NCBI RefSeq assembly: GCF_000015585.1
Contig: NC_008789.1
Location: 1,620,001-1,652,000 of the forward strand
Source: Halorhodospira halophila SL1
GTDB lineage: Bacteria > Pseudomonadota > Gammaproteobacteria > Nitrococcales > Halorhodospiraceae
DNA: 32,000 nt
Direction: 5' to 3'
Below, one piece after another: positions 17,092 through 26,194 of this stretch. The first letter of the stretch is position 1. Every line of letters starts with the position of its first letter. Both the position numbers and the translations under genes were made by a program. Below the pieces are notes generated by a model. The model was not told the origin of the DNA and did no database searches. It saw nothing but the letters and a program-made list of their open reading frames with translations.

Positions 17092-19001
17092 CGCGCCCCC
17101 TCCACACAGCGGCGCAGGAAGGACTCCAGCATCAGCAGGGCCCACAGCGGACGGGCGTGATTGCTTCGCCCGGACTGGTGTTCATCGACCAGGGTGCGCA
17201 ACCGGCTCGCATCGAAGTAACCGCTGTCCATCAGCCGTTTGCCGAGCACGGCTTCGCGGAGCCGCTGGCGCAGCGGTCCGCGAAACCACTCCGCGATGGG
17301 CATATTGAACCCCTGCTTGGTGCGGTAGAGGACATCGTGGGGCAGGCGATCCTCGAAGGCCCGCTTGAGGAGCCACTTGCCCTGCTGATTGCGGACCTTG
17401 AGATCCGTAGGCAACCGCCCCGCCCACTCCATGAACCGGTGATCGAGCAGCGGCACCCGCACCTCCAGCCCGTGGGCCATGCTTGCCCGATCCACCTTGG
17501 TCAGGATGTCGCCCGGCAACCAGGTTTTGAGATCCAGGTACTGCACAAAGGCGAGCGGGTCGTGGGTCGGTGCCTCGGCGGCGTGGCCACGCAGCACCTC
17601 GGCGGCGTGGTACCCCTGCAGTTCGCGCTGAAACCGCTGCGAGAACAGCCGGGCGCGCTGATCGTCATCGACCACCGCGACGCTGCGCAGATACCCGGCC
17701 ACCGGATCCGCCGCCAGCGCCTGGAAAGTCGCCTTGCCACGCAGGTACTTAGGTGCCCAGTCGGCCTTCGGGTACCAGCGGGCCAGCGACCCGAACAGAC
17801 CTCGTCGAAGGCCATCCGGTAGCCGCCCCCGCAGCCGGGCCTCCCGCTGATAACCGCGGTAGCGTCGGTACCCCGCCAGCACCTCATCGCCCCCGTCCCC
17901 GGATAGCGCCACCGTAACGTGCTGCCGCGCGATCCGGCTGACCTCGTAGGTAGGAAGAGCCGACGGGTCGGCGAAGGGCTCGTCGAAGAGCAGCGCCAAC
18001 TCGTCGATCAGGTCGAAACGCTCCGAATCCACCTTGTGGATGTGGTGGTTGAGGCCCAGGTGCCCGGCCACCTTCCCGGCGTGCTCCGCCTCGTCGTAAT
18101 GCGGATCGCGGAAGGCAATGGAGCACGCATCCACCGGACGGTCACTGAGTTCGCTCATCAACGCCACCACGACACTGGAGTCGACCCCGCCGGAGAGGAA
18201 AGCGCCCAGAGGGACCTCGGCCTCAAGACGGATGTCCACCGCCTCGCGTAGCTGCGCGACCAACGCCTCGCCGGCCTGCTCCGCCGACAACGAGCGATCT
18301 GAGCTGCTATCGAACGTAGCGTCCCAATACTGTCGCGGGGGCCCCATCGGTTCACCGCGGCGTAGCAATAACGTATGCCCCGGCGGCAGCTTGCGTACGG
18401 CCGCAAAGATGCTCCGCGGATCCGGCACATAACCGTAGGCGAAGTAATCCTCGATCGCCCTCGGATCGAGGTCTCTCGGCACCTCGGCGCAGGCCAGCAG
18501 GGCCTTGATCTCGGACGCGAACAGCACCCGTCCGTCGGGGAGTTCGGCGTAGCACAGGGGCTTGATCCCGAGCCGATCGCGGGCCAGGAATAACGCCTGC
18601 TCATTGCGATCCCAGACCGCCAGGCTGAACATCCCGCGGAAGTGCTCGACGCAACGCTCGCCCCACTCCTCCCAGGCGTGCACAATGACCTCGGTATCAC
18701 AGCGCGTGGCGAAGTCGTGCCCGCGCTGCTCCAGTGTCGACCGCAGCTCGGCATGGTTGTAGATCTCGCCGTTGAAGACGGTGATCACCCGGCCATCTTC
18801 ATTGGCAAGCGGCTGCTGCCCCCCCGCGCGATCGATGATTGACAAGCGACGGTGGCCGAGCCCGACCCCGGCCTCCTGATGGATACTCGAATCGTCCGGT
18901 CCCCGGTGGGCCAGGCTCTCGGTCATGCGCCGCAAAAGCGCCTCGTCGCCGGCGCGCCCGCCTTCCAGGGCGTGATCCAGGATTCCGACTAACCCGCACA
19001 C
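17088..19001 (-). CDS. glutamine-hydrolysing asparagine synthase family amidotransferase (XrtA/PEP-CTERM-system-associated type)
   Basis: 637 aa. It begins (f)Met-Cys 'MCGLVGILD', the class-II glutaminase nucleophile. Further signatures are 'HRGPDD', 'RLSIID', and the PP-loop 'GAFLSGGVDSSVVVALM'. Its position right after the stp2 glycosyltransferase and XrtA matches the conserved locus order. Confidence 0.85.
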   Translation of the reverse strand: MCGLVGILDHALEGGRAGDEALLRRMTESLAHRGPDDSSIHQEAGVGLGHRRLSIIDRAGGQQPLANEDGRVITVFNGEIYNHAELRSTLEQRGHDFATRCDTEVIVHAWEEWGERCVEHFRGMFSLAVWDRNEQALFLARDRLGIKPLCYAELPDGRVLFASEIKALLACAEVPRDLDPRAIEDYFAYGYVPDPRSIFAAVRKLPPGHTLLLRRGEPMGPPRQYWDATFDSSSDRSLSAEQAGEALVAQLREAVDIRLEAEVPLGAFLSGGVDSSVVVALMSELSDRPVDACSIAFRDPHYDEAEHAGKVAGHLGLNHHIHKVDSERFDLIDELALLFDEPFADPSALPTYEVSRIARQHVTVALSGDGGDEVLAGYRRYRGYQREARLRGRLPDGLRRGLFGSLARWYPKADWAPKYLRGKATFQALAADPVAGYLRSVAVVDDDQRARLFSQRFQRELQGYHAAEVLRGHAAEAPTHDPLAFVQYLDLKTWLPGDILTKVDRASMAHGLEVRVPLLDHRFMEWAGRLPTDLKVRNQQGKWLLKRAFEDRLPHDVLYRTKQGFNMPIAEWFRGPLRQRLREAVLGKRLMDSGYFDASRLRTLVDEHQSGRSNHARPLWALLMLESFLRRCVEGAR

Positions 19002-19007
19002 TGGCAG

Positions 19008-20207
19008 TTATCCCTTCCTTGCCACGGAGCCGCTCCGCGCCGGTGGCGCCAATAGCTCGCGATAAAGACTTTCGTAAGCCCCGACCATGGCCTCGACCGA
19101 GAAATGCTCCACCGCTCGCCGGCGCCCTGCAGCCCCTTCCAACGACCGACGGTGCGGCTCCTGAAGGTAGCCGGCCAGCCCATCACACAGCTGCTCGGGA
19201 TCACCCGCAGGCACCAGCGTCCCGGTCACCCCCTCCTCAACCAGCTCCGGCAACCCGCCGACCCGCGATGCCACCACCGGAAGGCCACTGGCCATGGCCT
19301 CAAGGACCGTCACCGGGATCCCTTCGGCGAGGGAGGGCAACGCAAAGACATCGAACGCCGCCAACCGGGTCGCGACATCGGTGCAGTTGCCCGTGAGTTC
19401 CACGGCATCGGCCACATCCAACTCCGCCGCCAACGCCCGAAGCGACTGCTCTTCAGGACCACTGCCAATCACTACCAATCGCAGATCCCCGCGCTTGGCC
19501 GAGAACCGCTCGCGAAGACGGGCGAAAGCCCGGATAAGCGTCGCCTGGTCCTTCACCGCCGTCAGCCGCCCGACGGTGCCAATCACCAGGACGCCCCCTT
19601 GCCCCGAATCCTCCTCCGATGATCGCCTCGCGGCCCGATAACGCTTTGTATCGACGCCGTTGTAGATGTGGCGCACCCGGCGCTTGGGGATCCGCACCCG
19701 CTCGGTGAGATACTCGGCCAAGTGGCGGGAGACCGTCACGTGCCGTTGCACCCAGGGACTGAGGGCCCGCCGCAGCCAGCGGTACCGCCAGCGGGTCCCG
19801 TCGAGATCGGCCATGTCCCAACCGTGCTCCGCGTGGACGCGGCCCGGCACGCCGCTCAGCGCGGCCACCGGCTGGCACTCCAAAGCGGCCAGGTTCGACG
19901 TATGCACCACATCCGGCCGCAGCTGACACAACAACCGATAAAGACGCCACTGGGTACCCAACCCCCACCCGGGGGGCTTGTGGAGGGCATGGACGGGCAC
20001 TCCATCCGGTAGCCGGCGACGGAACGCTTCATCGTAATCCGCCAGACAGACGACGACATGCCGGAAACCATGGTGGACGCTGCCGCGGACCAGCTCGACG
20101 AGGATGTTCTCCAGCCCCCCGACATCCAGACGATAGAGGATATGGGCAATCAGCGGGCGCGAGCCCTGCCCATCCCGGGGGCGCCGGCGATCATGGTCGA
20201 TCGTCAA
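19008..20207 (-). CDS. glycosyltransferase, PEP-CTERM/EpsH1-system-associated 'stp2' type (GT4)
   Basis: 399 aa. 'RPLIAHILYRLDVGGLENILVELV' at the N-terminus and 'VFALPSLAEGIPVTVLEAMASGLPVVASRVGGLPELV' (EX7E) are present. The TTG start makes a TTGA overlap with the XrtA stop. It lies immediately downstream of xrtA, as in other XrtA loci. Confidence 0.8.
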   Translation of the reverse strand: MTIDHDRRRPRDGQGSRPLIAHILYRLDVGGLENILVELVRGSVHHGFRHVVVCLADYDEAFRRRLPDGVPVHALHKPPGWGLGTQWRLYRLLCQLRPDVVHTSNLAALECQPVAALSGVPGRVHAEHGWDMADLDGTRWRYRWLRRALSPWVQRHVTVSRHLAEYLTERVRIPKRRVRHIYNGVDTKRYRAARRSSEEDSGQGGVLVIGTVGRLTAVKDQATLIRAFARLRERFSAKRGDLRLVVIGSGPEEQSLRALAAELDVADAVELTGNCTDVATRLAAFDVFALPSLAEGIPVTVLEAMASGLPVVASRVGGLPELVEEGVTGTLVPAGDPEQLCDGLAGYLQEPHRRSLEGAAGRRRAVEHFSVEAMVGAYESLYRELLAPPARSGSVARKG

Positions 20208-21784
20208 CGTCCCCGAACCTCCTCCAGGGTCCCCAACAACTCGGGCAGCGCAGCCTCCGCAAAACGACGCAGGGCCGGCTCAACCTCCTCTGGATCATCG
20301 GGATAAAGCGCATAGAGCACCACCAGCGCTGCATCGTCGCGCCCCCCGAGCAAGCGGGACAGCGACTCCCGCGCCTTCACTTCGTGGGGGCTGGTGGTCA
20401 GCCGGTCCGTCACCCAGTACCAACGCCAGGCCAGGATCTGTCGATTCGGCCCGGTGAGCTCGAATCGTGCCGGGCGGGTCCAATCATCGATCTCCGCCCG
20501 CCCGGCCGAGCGTTGCCGCCAGGCGTCCCGATCCCGGCCGGCCATGGTATTATCCCAAGTGATCATATTCCCGTGCCGGAATTGCTCCCGGTAGTAGCCC
20601 ACGTAGACCCCCACCGGAACCCCTTGCCCATCGACATAGTGCCGGTGGAAGGCCGCGCGCGCGTTGCGATACCCCGGCTCCCAGGGATCGGCCTCGATCG
20701 CCTCCCAGTCATTGAGGGGCAGCTCCGCCTCCTCCAACCCGGCAACAGGGCCGAGATCCCGCTGATTCATCCATCCGGCGTAGAGCGGCCCGGAAGCGAC
20801 CAGTACTCCCCCCGTCAACGCCACCCCGGCAACCGCAGCAACCGAACGCGATCCAAGCCCTGTACTGTCGCTAAGCCGCTCCGCCATGCCACCGCCGCCT
20901 GGACCGGGCGCTGCCCCCTCGGAGATCGGCCGATCCTCGCGCCAGTAGGTCCCGATCCAGAACATCAGCGCGATCACCGCACCGAAGAACACCCAGCCAT
21001 AGATCAGATGATCGACCCCCGCGGCCAACTCCATGCCACTGAGATGTCCGATCATCACGATCGCATAGGCGCGCAGACCGTTGGCGAGGATCGGCACCAG
21101 GAACGAGAAGGCCACGAAAACCAGCCGGCGCATCCAGCTTCGGTAAACCAGGTAGGCGTACAGCGTGCCCAGGGCGACGGTAGCGATGAGGTAACGCACG
21201 CCACTGCACGCCTCGACCACGGACCAGCGGCCGGTCGGCAACTCGAAGTTCAGTCCTTCGCGATAGACCGGCACGCCGGTTTGCTGCACTGCCCATACCG
21301 TGAAGTCGGCAGTCCAGTCCATCAGCGGCGGGACCAGGAACTCACCGAATGGGACGGCAGAGATCAGGTAGGCCAGCGGGAAGAGCAGCGTCCAGGCGAC
21401 GGCGTTGCCCAGGCTCAGCCAGACGACAGCCGGGATCAGGAGCACCGCCGCGAAGTGGCGCACGGAGTCGACGTCCACCAACGCGCCGAGCACCCAGAGC
21501 AGGACCAGTCCGGCGACCGGCACCAGGGCCAGTGGTTGCACTCTGGGCTGTTGATCCGCCAGGGGGTGACGCAGCCGATAAACCAGGAAGAGGACGATGG
21601 GCACGATCAGGAAACCGTGGGCGAAGGTCTCTGAGCGTGACCAAATACCCACAATAGCCTGATAGGTTGGCAGGAAGGCGATCGCCAGCACCACGCCGAG
21701 CAGTGCCAATGCCGCCCCGTGCAGGTACCACGGCGCTCGATCCCCGAGCCCACCGCCGACAATCGCATCCGGGTTACTGGCCAT
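20204..21784 (-). CDS. xrtA: exosortase A (XrtA) fused to a C-terminal EpsI-family domain
   Basis: The N-terminal polytopic membrane domain carries 'WSRSETFAHGFLIVP' and the catalytic-Cys motif 'EACSGVRYLIATVALG', followed by 'ANGLRAYAIVMIGH'. After one further TM helix, about 200 aa ('YVGYYREQFRHGNMITWDN', 'WRWYWVTDRLTTSPHEVKA') look like EpsI. The ATG at 21784 has GAGG 6 nt upstream; the GTG at 21796 is an alternative start. Confidence 0.85.
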   Translation of the reverse strand: MASNPDAIVGGGLGDRAPWYLHGAALALLGVVLAIAFLPTYQAIVGIWSRSETFAHGFLIVPIVLFLVYRLRHPLADQQPRVQPLALVPVAGLVLLWVLGALVDVDSVRHFAAVLLIPAVVWLSLGNAVAWTLLFPLAYLISAVPFGEFLVPPLMDWTADFTVWAVQQTGVPVYREGLNFELPTGRWSVVEACSGVRYLIATVALGTLYAYLVYRSWMRRLVFVAFSFLVPILANGLRAYAIVMIGHLSGMELAAGVDHLIYGWVFFGAVIALMFWIGTYWREDRPISEGAAPGPGGGGMAERLSDSTGLGSRSVAAVAGVALTGGVLVASGPLYAGWMNQRDLGPVAGLEEAELPLNDWEAIEADPWEPGYRNARAAFHRHYVDGQGVPVGVYVGYYREQFRHGNMITWDNTMAGRDRDAWRQRSAGRAEIDDWTRPARFELTGPNRQILAWRWYWVTDRLTTSPHEVKARESLSRLLGGRDDAALVVLYALYPDDPEEVEPALRRFAEAALPELLGTLEEVRGR

Positions 21785-23027
21785 CAGCTGCCTCACTCAA
21801 CGCGTGTCCCTCATCGTCATCAATCCGTTCGGTCGTGCCAGCGAGCAGCCGGTCGAGCCGGCCAAGATGCCGGGCCCAACTGTAGTCCTGCACGACGCGC
21901 CTTCGCGCAGCTGCCCCCATACCATCGCCCCCGTCCAGGCACCGGCAGACCGCTTCGACCATTGCTTCCGGCTGCGCCTCGGCGCTTTCCACTTCCACCC
22001 CTAGGGCGACCTGCAGTCCTTCCAGGGCCTCCGGCGAAGCGACGATCGGCCGGCCGAGGGCCATCGCCTCGAGTACCTTGTTCTGGATCCCTCGGGCCAC
22101 ACGCAGCGGCGCCACGGCCACGGCTGCGTGACCAACCCAGGGGCGGACGTCGTCCACAAAGCCGGTGACGGTCACCCCGGGGCGGTTTGCCAGCGCAGCC
22201 ACTGCCGGCGTCGGCCGATTACCGACCACGTAGAACCGAGCCGCTGGCTCCCGGGCCCGGACCTGGGGAAAGGCCTCCTCAGCGAACCAGCAGGCCGCAT
22301 CGGCGTTCGGCCAATAATCCATGGCGCCCGTCAGGACCACCGGCCGCTCGTCGGCGGCGTAAGGGCTCGGCCCAAGAAGCCTCGGGTCGAAGTAGTCCGT
22401 ATCCACGCCGTTACTCATTGCCGAGACGCTTTGCGCCGACTCCGGCGCGAGACTCCGGAACGCCGCCGCCTCGTCCGTAGAAACAAACAAGCTGGCGTCG
22501 CTCGACGCCGCCAGGTGTCGTTCGTAGGCCAATAGCCGGCGTGCCTCGCGGGCAAAGACCGCCCGCAGGGGCCAGGGACGATGGCGCGCGTACTGACCCC
22601 ACTTATCGGAGTCGATGTCGACGAAATCCACCACCCGCAGTAGCGAAGGTGGCCGATCCGGCACGTACGGCCCCATCGACGAGGAGAAGCACATCGCGAC
22701 ATCGATTGGCTGCGCTTGGCACACCTGGCGAACCCACTGCGCCAGGTGCCGGTCCCGGTACCAGGGCAGGGTCAGCGGCTCTCCAGTGAGAAAACCGCCA
22801 AGCGCGCGCAGCTGCGCCCGCCGCCGCGGCAGTGGACGCGCGCACACGCTCGCGCAAACCGCTTCCAGGTCGGGGAGGAAACGCCAATCGTCCGGGTCAT
22901 CGACAAAGGTCCCGAGGTGGACCCGGTGGCGCTCCGTCAAGTGACGGAGGATATGGTAAGAGCGGATCTTATCGCCCTTGTTCGGCGGCCACGGCACGCG
23001 ATGCACCAGGAACAGGATCTCGGCCAC
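21774..23027 (-). CDS. glycosyltransferase, PEP-CTERM/EpsH1-system-associated 'stp1' type
   Basis: 417 aa. The N-terminus 'MAEILFLVHRVPWPPNKGDKIRSYHILRHL' is the highly characteristic start of this family. It sits directly upstream of xrtA and overlaps it by 11 nt. Confidence 0.85.
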   Translation of the reverse strand: MAEILFLVHRVPWPPNKGDKIRSYHILRHLTERHRVHLGTFVDDPDDWRFLPDLEAVCASVCARPLPRRRAQLRALGGFLTGEPLTLPWYRDRHLAQWVRQVCQAQPIDVAMCFSSSMGPYVPDRPPSLLRVVDFVDIDSDKWGQYARHRPWPLRAVFAREARRLLAYERHLAASSDASLFVSTDEAAAFRSLAPESAQSVSAMSNGVDTDYFDPRLLGPSPYAADERPVVLTGAMDYWPNADAACWFAEEAFPQVRAREPAARFYVVGNRPTPAVAALANRPGVTVTGFVDDVRPWVGHAAVAVAPLRVARGIQNKVLEAMALGRPIVASPEALEGLQVALGVEVESAEAQPEAMVEAVCRCLDGGDGMGAAARRRVVQDYSWARHLGRLDRLLAGTTERIDDDEGHALSEAADGQ

Positions 23028-23035
23028 GCTCCCTC

Positions 23036-24067
23036 CTACCCCAGACCCCGGACCACGATGGGTCCCAATCGATTCACCACCGAAAGCGGCAACCGCTGCC
23101 AGATGCGGATTGCTTGCCGGTACCGCGGATTGAGCGGATTGTGCTCGGGGATCGTGCTGCGCTTGTAGAGCTGGTATTCGTAGGCCAGCGGCTGCGGCTC
23201 GAACCCCCAGTTGCGCTTGAAGTGGTAGGCACCGGTCCCCTTCTTGCTCCGCCCGAAATCAAACAGCCGGTACCCCTCCTCACACCCCCGGCGCATCAAC
23301 TCCCAGTAGAGGAAATCGTAGCCCGCCACCTCGCGCGCCGCAGGCAATCCGCCGCCGTAATAGGGCAGAATCTCATCCCGGAAATAGAACGTCAGGACAC
23401 TCGTAACCGGCTTCCCGTCGTGGGACACCATCAGTACGCGGCAGTCGTCACCGAAGGTCTCCGCCAGTAGGTGGAAGTAACAGCGTGGAAAGACCGGCGT
23501 ACCCAGACGGTGGACACTTCGCGCATAGAGGTCGTGAAAGCGGTCGAGATCGGCCTCCCAGGTCGCTTCCAAACCGGCCTTGATCCCCTGGCGCACCATT
23601 CGCCGCTGCTTGCGCGGGATGGCTTGGAAGTTCGCGTCCTCGTCAGCCGCCAGGGATTTCCGGAAGGTGGCGTACAACGCATCCTGGCGCGGCCACTCCG
23701 TATGCACCGGCGCGCGGTGGCGATACTCCAGAAACTCTACACCCAGCGCCCGGGCACGCTCCTGAGCCGCATGGTCGAGCGCCTTCCGCGCCGATTCATC
23801 GGCAGCGACCACCCCGCCATAGACGCAGAAGGGGGTGGAAATCAGGGCATCGCTGAACAACCAGCTCTTGCTGCGTGCCAGCGGAAGCACCCCCACGATC
23901 ACCCCGTCACGCTCGGCGTAGAGATACTCCGTTACGTGACCGAACGCCTCGCGCAGGACCCGCGCCCAGCCGCTGCGGTGGAAAAAGGTGGCCTCCGGCG
24001 ACTGCTGAACGAAAGCGTCCCAGCGGGCCTCGTCCGCCGCTTCCAGTCTCGCTACGCGTAGATCCAT
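23036..24067 (-). CDS. FemAB-family (GNAT-fold peptidyl/aminoacyl-transferase-like) protein, PEP-CTERM-system-associated
   Basis: 'WDAFVQQSPEATFFHRSGWARVL', a duplicated acyltransferase-like fold, and the C-terminal 'FDFGRSKKGTGAYHFKRNWGFEPQPLAYEY' match this family. The ATG at 24067 is preferred; the track's TTG at 24103 is an alternative. Confidence 0.8.
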   Translation of the reverse strand: MDLRVARLEAADEARWDAFVQQSPEATFFHRSGWARVLREAFGHVTEYLYAERDGVIVGVLPLARSKSWLFSDALISTPFCVYGGVVAADESARKALDHAAQERARALGVEFLEYRHRAPVHTEWPRQDALYATFRKSLAADEDANFQAIPRKQRRMVRQGIKAGLEATWEADLDRFHDLYARSVHRLGTPVFPRCYFHLLAETFGDDCRVLMVSHDGKPVTSVLTFYFRDEILPYYGGGLPAAREVAGYDFLYWELMRRGCEEGYRLFDFGRSKKGTGAYHFKRNWGFEPQPLAYEYQLYKRSTIPEHNPLNPRYRQAIRIWQRLPLSVVNRLGPIVVRGLG

Positions 24068-24115
24068 TCCTGTACCGCTTCTCCCTGTCTGCTGGCGCTC
24101 CAAAGCGGCTAACTT

Positions 24116-25021
24116 TCAGAATGCCTGGGCTGAAACCGCCTGCCCGGCCTGCCAGTCGCTGACACCGGCCAACTCCGGCGCAAAGACGCGATCGATCCGA
24201 TCCCAGTCCAGATCCTGGAGCAACCGACTGAGCCGCTGCTCCGTGCGATGCAGGTTCACGTAGTGACGAACGCGGGTGCGGAGATCGATGCCCGGGACCC
24301 GCGGCTGCTCGGGATCGAGCTCCCAGGGGTGAATATAGAACACCGCCGGCTGCCCCTCCGCTTGGGCGATCCAGCGCAGAGCTGCCCACGAGACCCGGTA
24401 GGGCAGAAGTCGAAAATAGCCGCCGCCACCCGCCGGAAGATTCCGACCAAGGAGCCGAAGCGTCGCCGGGGGCAACTCTAGGAGGCCGCCTTGCCCATCC
24501 GGACGATGGGCGTGTCGTGGTGCCTCAGGGGTGCCGTAGTGGTCATGCCGGACCGGGTAGACGCTTGAGCTGTAGCGGTGACCGGTCTCCTGCAGGATCT
24601 CTCGCGCCCAGGGCGTTCGCGGCCCGATGGAAAAGGCCGGCGCCCGATAACCGACCACCGGCACCCCGCCGGTGTCTTCCAACAGCCCCTTAGCCCGGAT
24701 CAAATCCTCGCGGAATGCGCGCGGCCCGATCTCCCAGACGCGCTCATGCCCGTATCCGTGGCTCGCCAACTCGTGACCGGCAGCCACGATGCGGCGGACA
24801 ACCTGCGGATAGCGCTTCGCCACCCAGCCGAGGGTAAAGAACGTGCCGCAAACACAGCGGTCGGCACAGATCTGCAGAAGCCGATCCATGCTTGCCTCGA
24901 TGCGACAAGGCCAGCGCTCCCATGCGTCCCGCCCCACATACGGCGCCATGGCCAGGACTTGAAAGTAATCCTCGACATCCACTGTCAGCGCATTGCACCG
25001 CGCCCAGCTGCGCTCCTCCAT
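24116..25021 (-). CDS. polysaccharide deacetylase (CE4), PEP-CTERM-locus subfamily
   Basis: 301 aa. 'NALTVDVEDYFQV' is the NodB-type Asp motif. 'GHELASHGYGHE' is the His-His metal motif. 'GGGYFRLLPY' is also present. Confidence 0.85.
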   Translation of the reverse strand: MEERSWARCNALTVDVEDYFQVLAMAPYVGRDAWERWPCRIEASMDRLLQICADRCVCGTFFTLGWVAKRYPQVVRRIVAAGHELASHGYGHERVWEIGPRAFREDLIRAKGLLEDTGGVPVVGYRAPAFSIGPRTPWAREILQETGHRYSSSVYPVRHDHYGTPEAPRHAHRPDGQGGLLELPPATLRLLGRNLPAGGGGYFRLLPYRVSWAALRWIAQAEGQPAVFYIHPWELDPEQPRVPGIDLRTRVRHYVNLHRTEQRLSRLLQDLDWDRIDRVFAPELAGVSDWQAGQAVSAQAF

Positions 25022-25071
25022 GGCCCATCCCCCTTTGGGGCCTTTCCGCCCCCGTCATCCCCACGCGGCAG

Positions 25072-26187
25072 TCACGGTTCCCCGCGGTTTACCTCCAGTG
25101 CCCGCTTGAGCGAGCCACTCACCTGACGCGTCAGGCGGTAGCCGGAAATCAGATAACGCTCAACCCGCTCCAAGCGCTGATTCAGCCGTTCCTGGTCTTC
25201 ACGCTGAACATTGACCAGCTGCTGTACCCGCTTATAGGTGAAACCGAGGTAACGCTCGATCCGCTGCAGCCGCTGCTCTAGAGTTTGTCGGTCGGTACCG
25301 AGCCCCTCCCGGGCGTTTTCCGGATCCTGCTCCGAAGGAGAACTCGGGGCTGCATCCCCGTTATCCGCCTCGCCCAGATCGGCCTCCACCTCGTCGATAA
25401 CCGACTGCACCTCACGGACAGTAAACTCGTGGCACTCCTCCAAGTACCCCATCAGAAGCAACCGGTCGCAGAGCGTATTGATCCGCCTCGGGGTTCCCTG
25501 AGTGTAGTCGTAGATCCGCTGCCACGCCCCCTCTGAGAAGCTCGGATCCGCCTCCCAACCCACCTGGGCGAGCCGGTGCTCGATGTAGGCCCGGGTATCT
25601 TCAGCATCCATCGGGCCGAGGTGATAGGTGGCGATCACCCGCTGACGCAACTGCTGCATATGCTCACTGCGCAGGAGTCGCCGAAACTCCGGCTGACCCA
25701 ACAGAAAGCTCTGCAGCAGTGGGCCACCCTCGTCGCCCTGAAAGTTCGAGAGCATGCGCAACTCCTCGACGGCTTCATCGTTGAGGTTCTGCGCCTCGTC
25801 CACTACGAGCAGCGCACGCTGGCCACGGGATCGAATCCGAACAAGAAATCGCTCCAACTCCCGCAACTGATCGGCCTTGTTCTGCGGTGGGTTCTCGATC
25901 CCGAAGGCGAGACAGACCAGCCGCAGCAGGTTATCCGCGCTCAGTCGGGTGCTGACCAGGTGGGCCGCGAGCAGCGGGCGATCAACGATGCCGCTGAGTA
26001 GACTCCGCGCCATGGTCGTCTTACCGGCACCGACCTCTCCGGTGATGACGATAAAGCCCTCGCCCTGCTGCACCCCATACTCCAGGTAGGCCATCGCCCG
26101 GCGGTGGCCTTTGCTGGCGTAGAAGAAACGTGGATCGGGGCTCAGCGCGAATGGCTTGTCGCGCAGGCCGTAGAAGTCTTCATACAT
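25072..26187 (-). CDS. ExeA/GspA-like AAA ATPase, XrtA/PEP-CTERM-locus subfamily, with repeat-containing C-terminal extension
   Basis: 'MYEDFYGLRDKPFALSPDPRFFY', Walker A 'GEVGAGKTT' and Walker B 'ALLVVDEAQNL' are present. The last ~100 aa form an acidic linker plus two copies of an 'L.QRL.R(I/V)ERYL...Y(K/R)' segment. Confidence 0.85.
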   Translation of the reverse strand: MYEDFYGLRDKPFALSPDPRFFYASKGHRRAMAYLEYGVQQGEGFIVITGEVGAGKTTMARSLLSGIVDRPLLAAHLVSTRLSADNLLRLVCLAFGIENPPQNKADQLRELERFLVRIRSRGQRALLVVDEAQNLNDEAVEELRMLSNFQGDEGGPLLQSFLLGQPEFRRLLRSEHMQQLRQRVIATYHLGPMDAEDTRAYIEHRLAQVGWEADPSFSEGAWQRIYDYTQGTPRRINTLCDRLLLMGYLEECHEFTVREVQSVIDEVEADLGEADNGDAAPSSPSEQDPENAREGLGTDRQTLEQRLQRIERYLGFTYKRVQQLVNVQREDQERLNQRLERVERYLISGYRLTRQVSGSLKRALEVNRGEP

Positions 26188-26194
26188 AGGCGGC

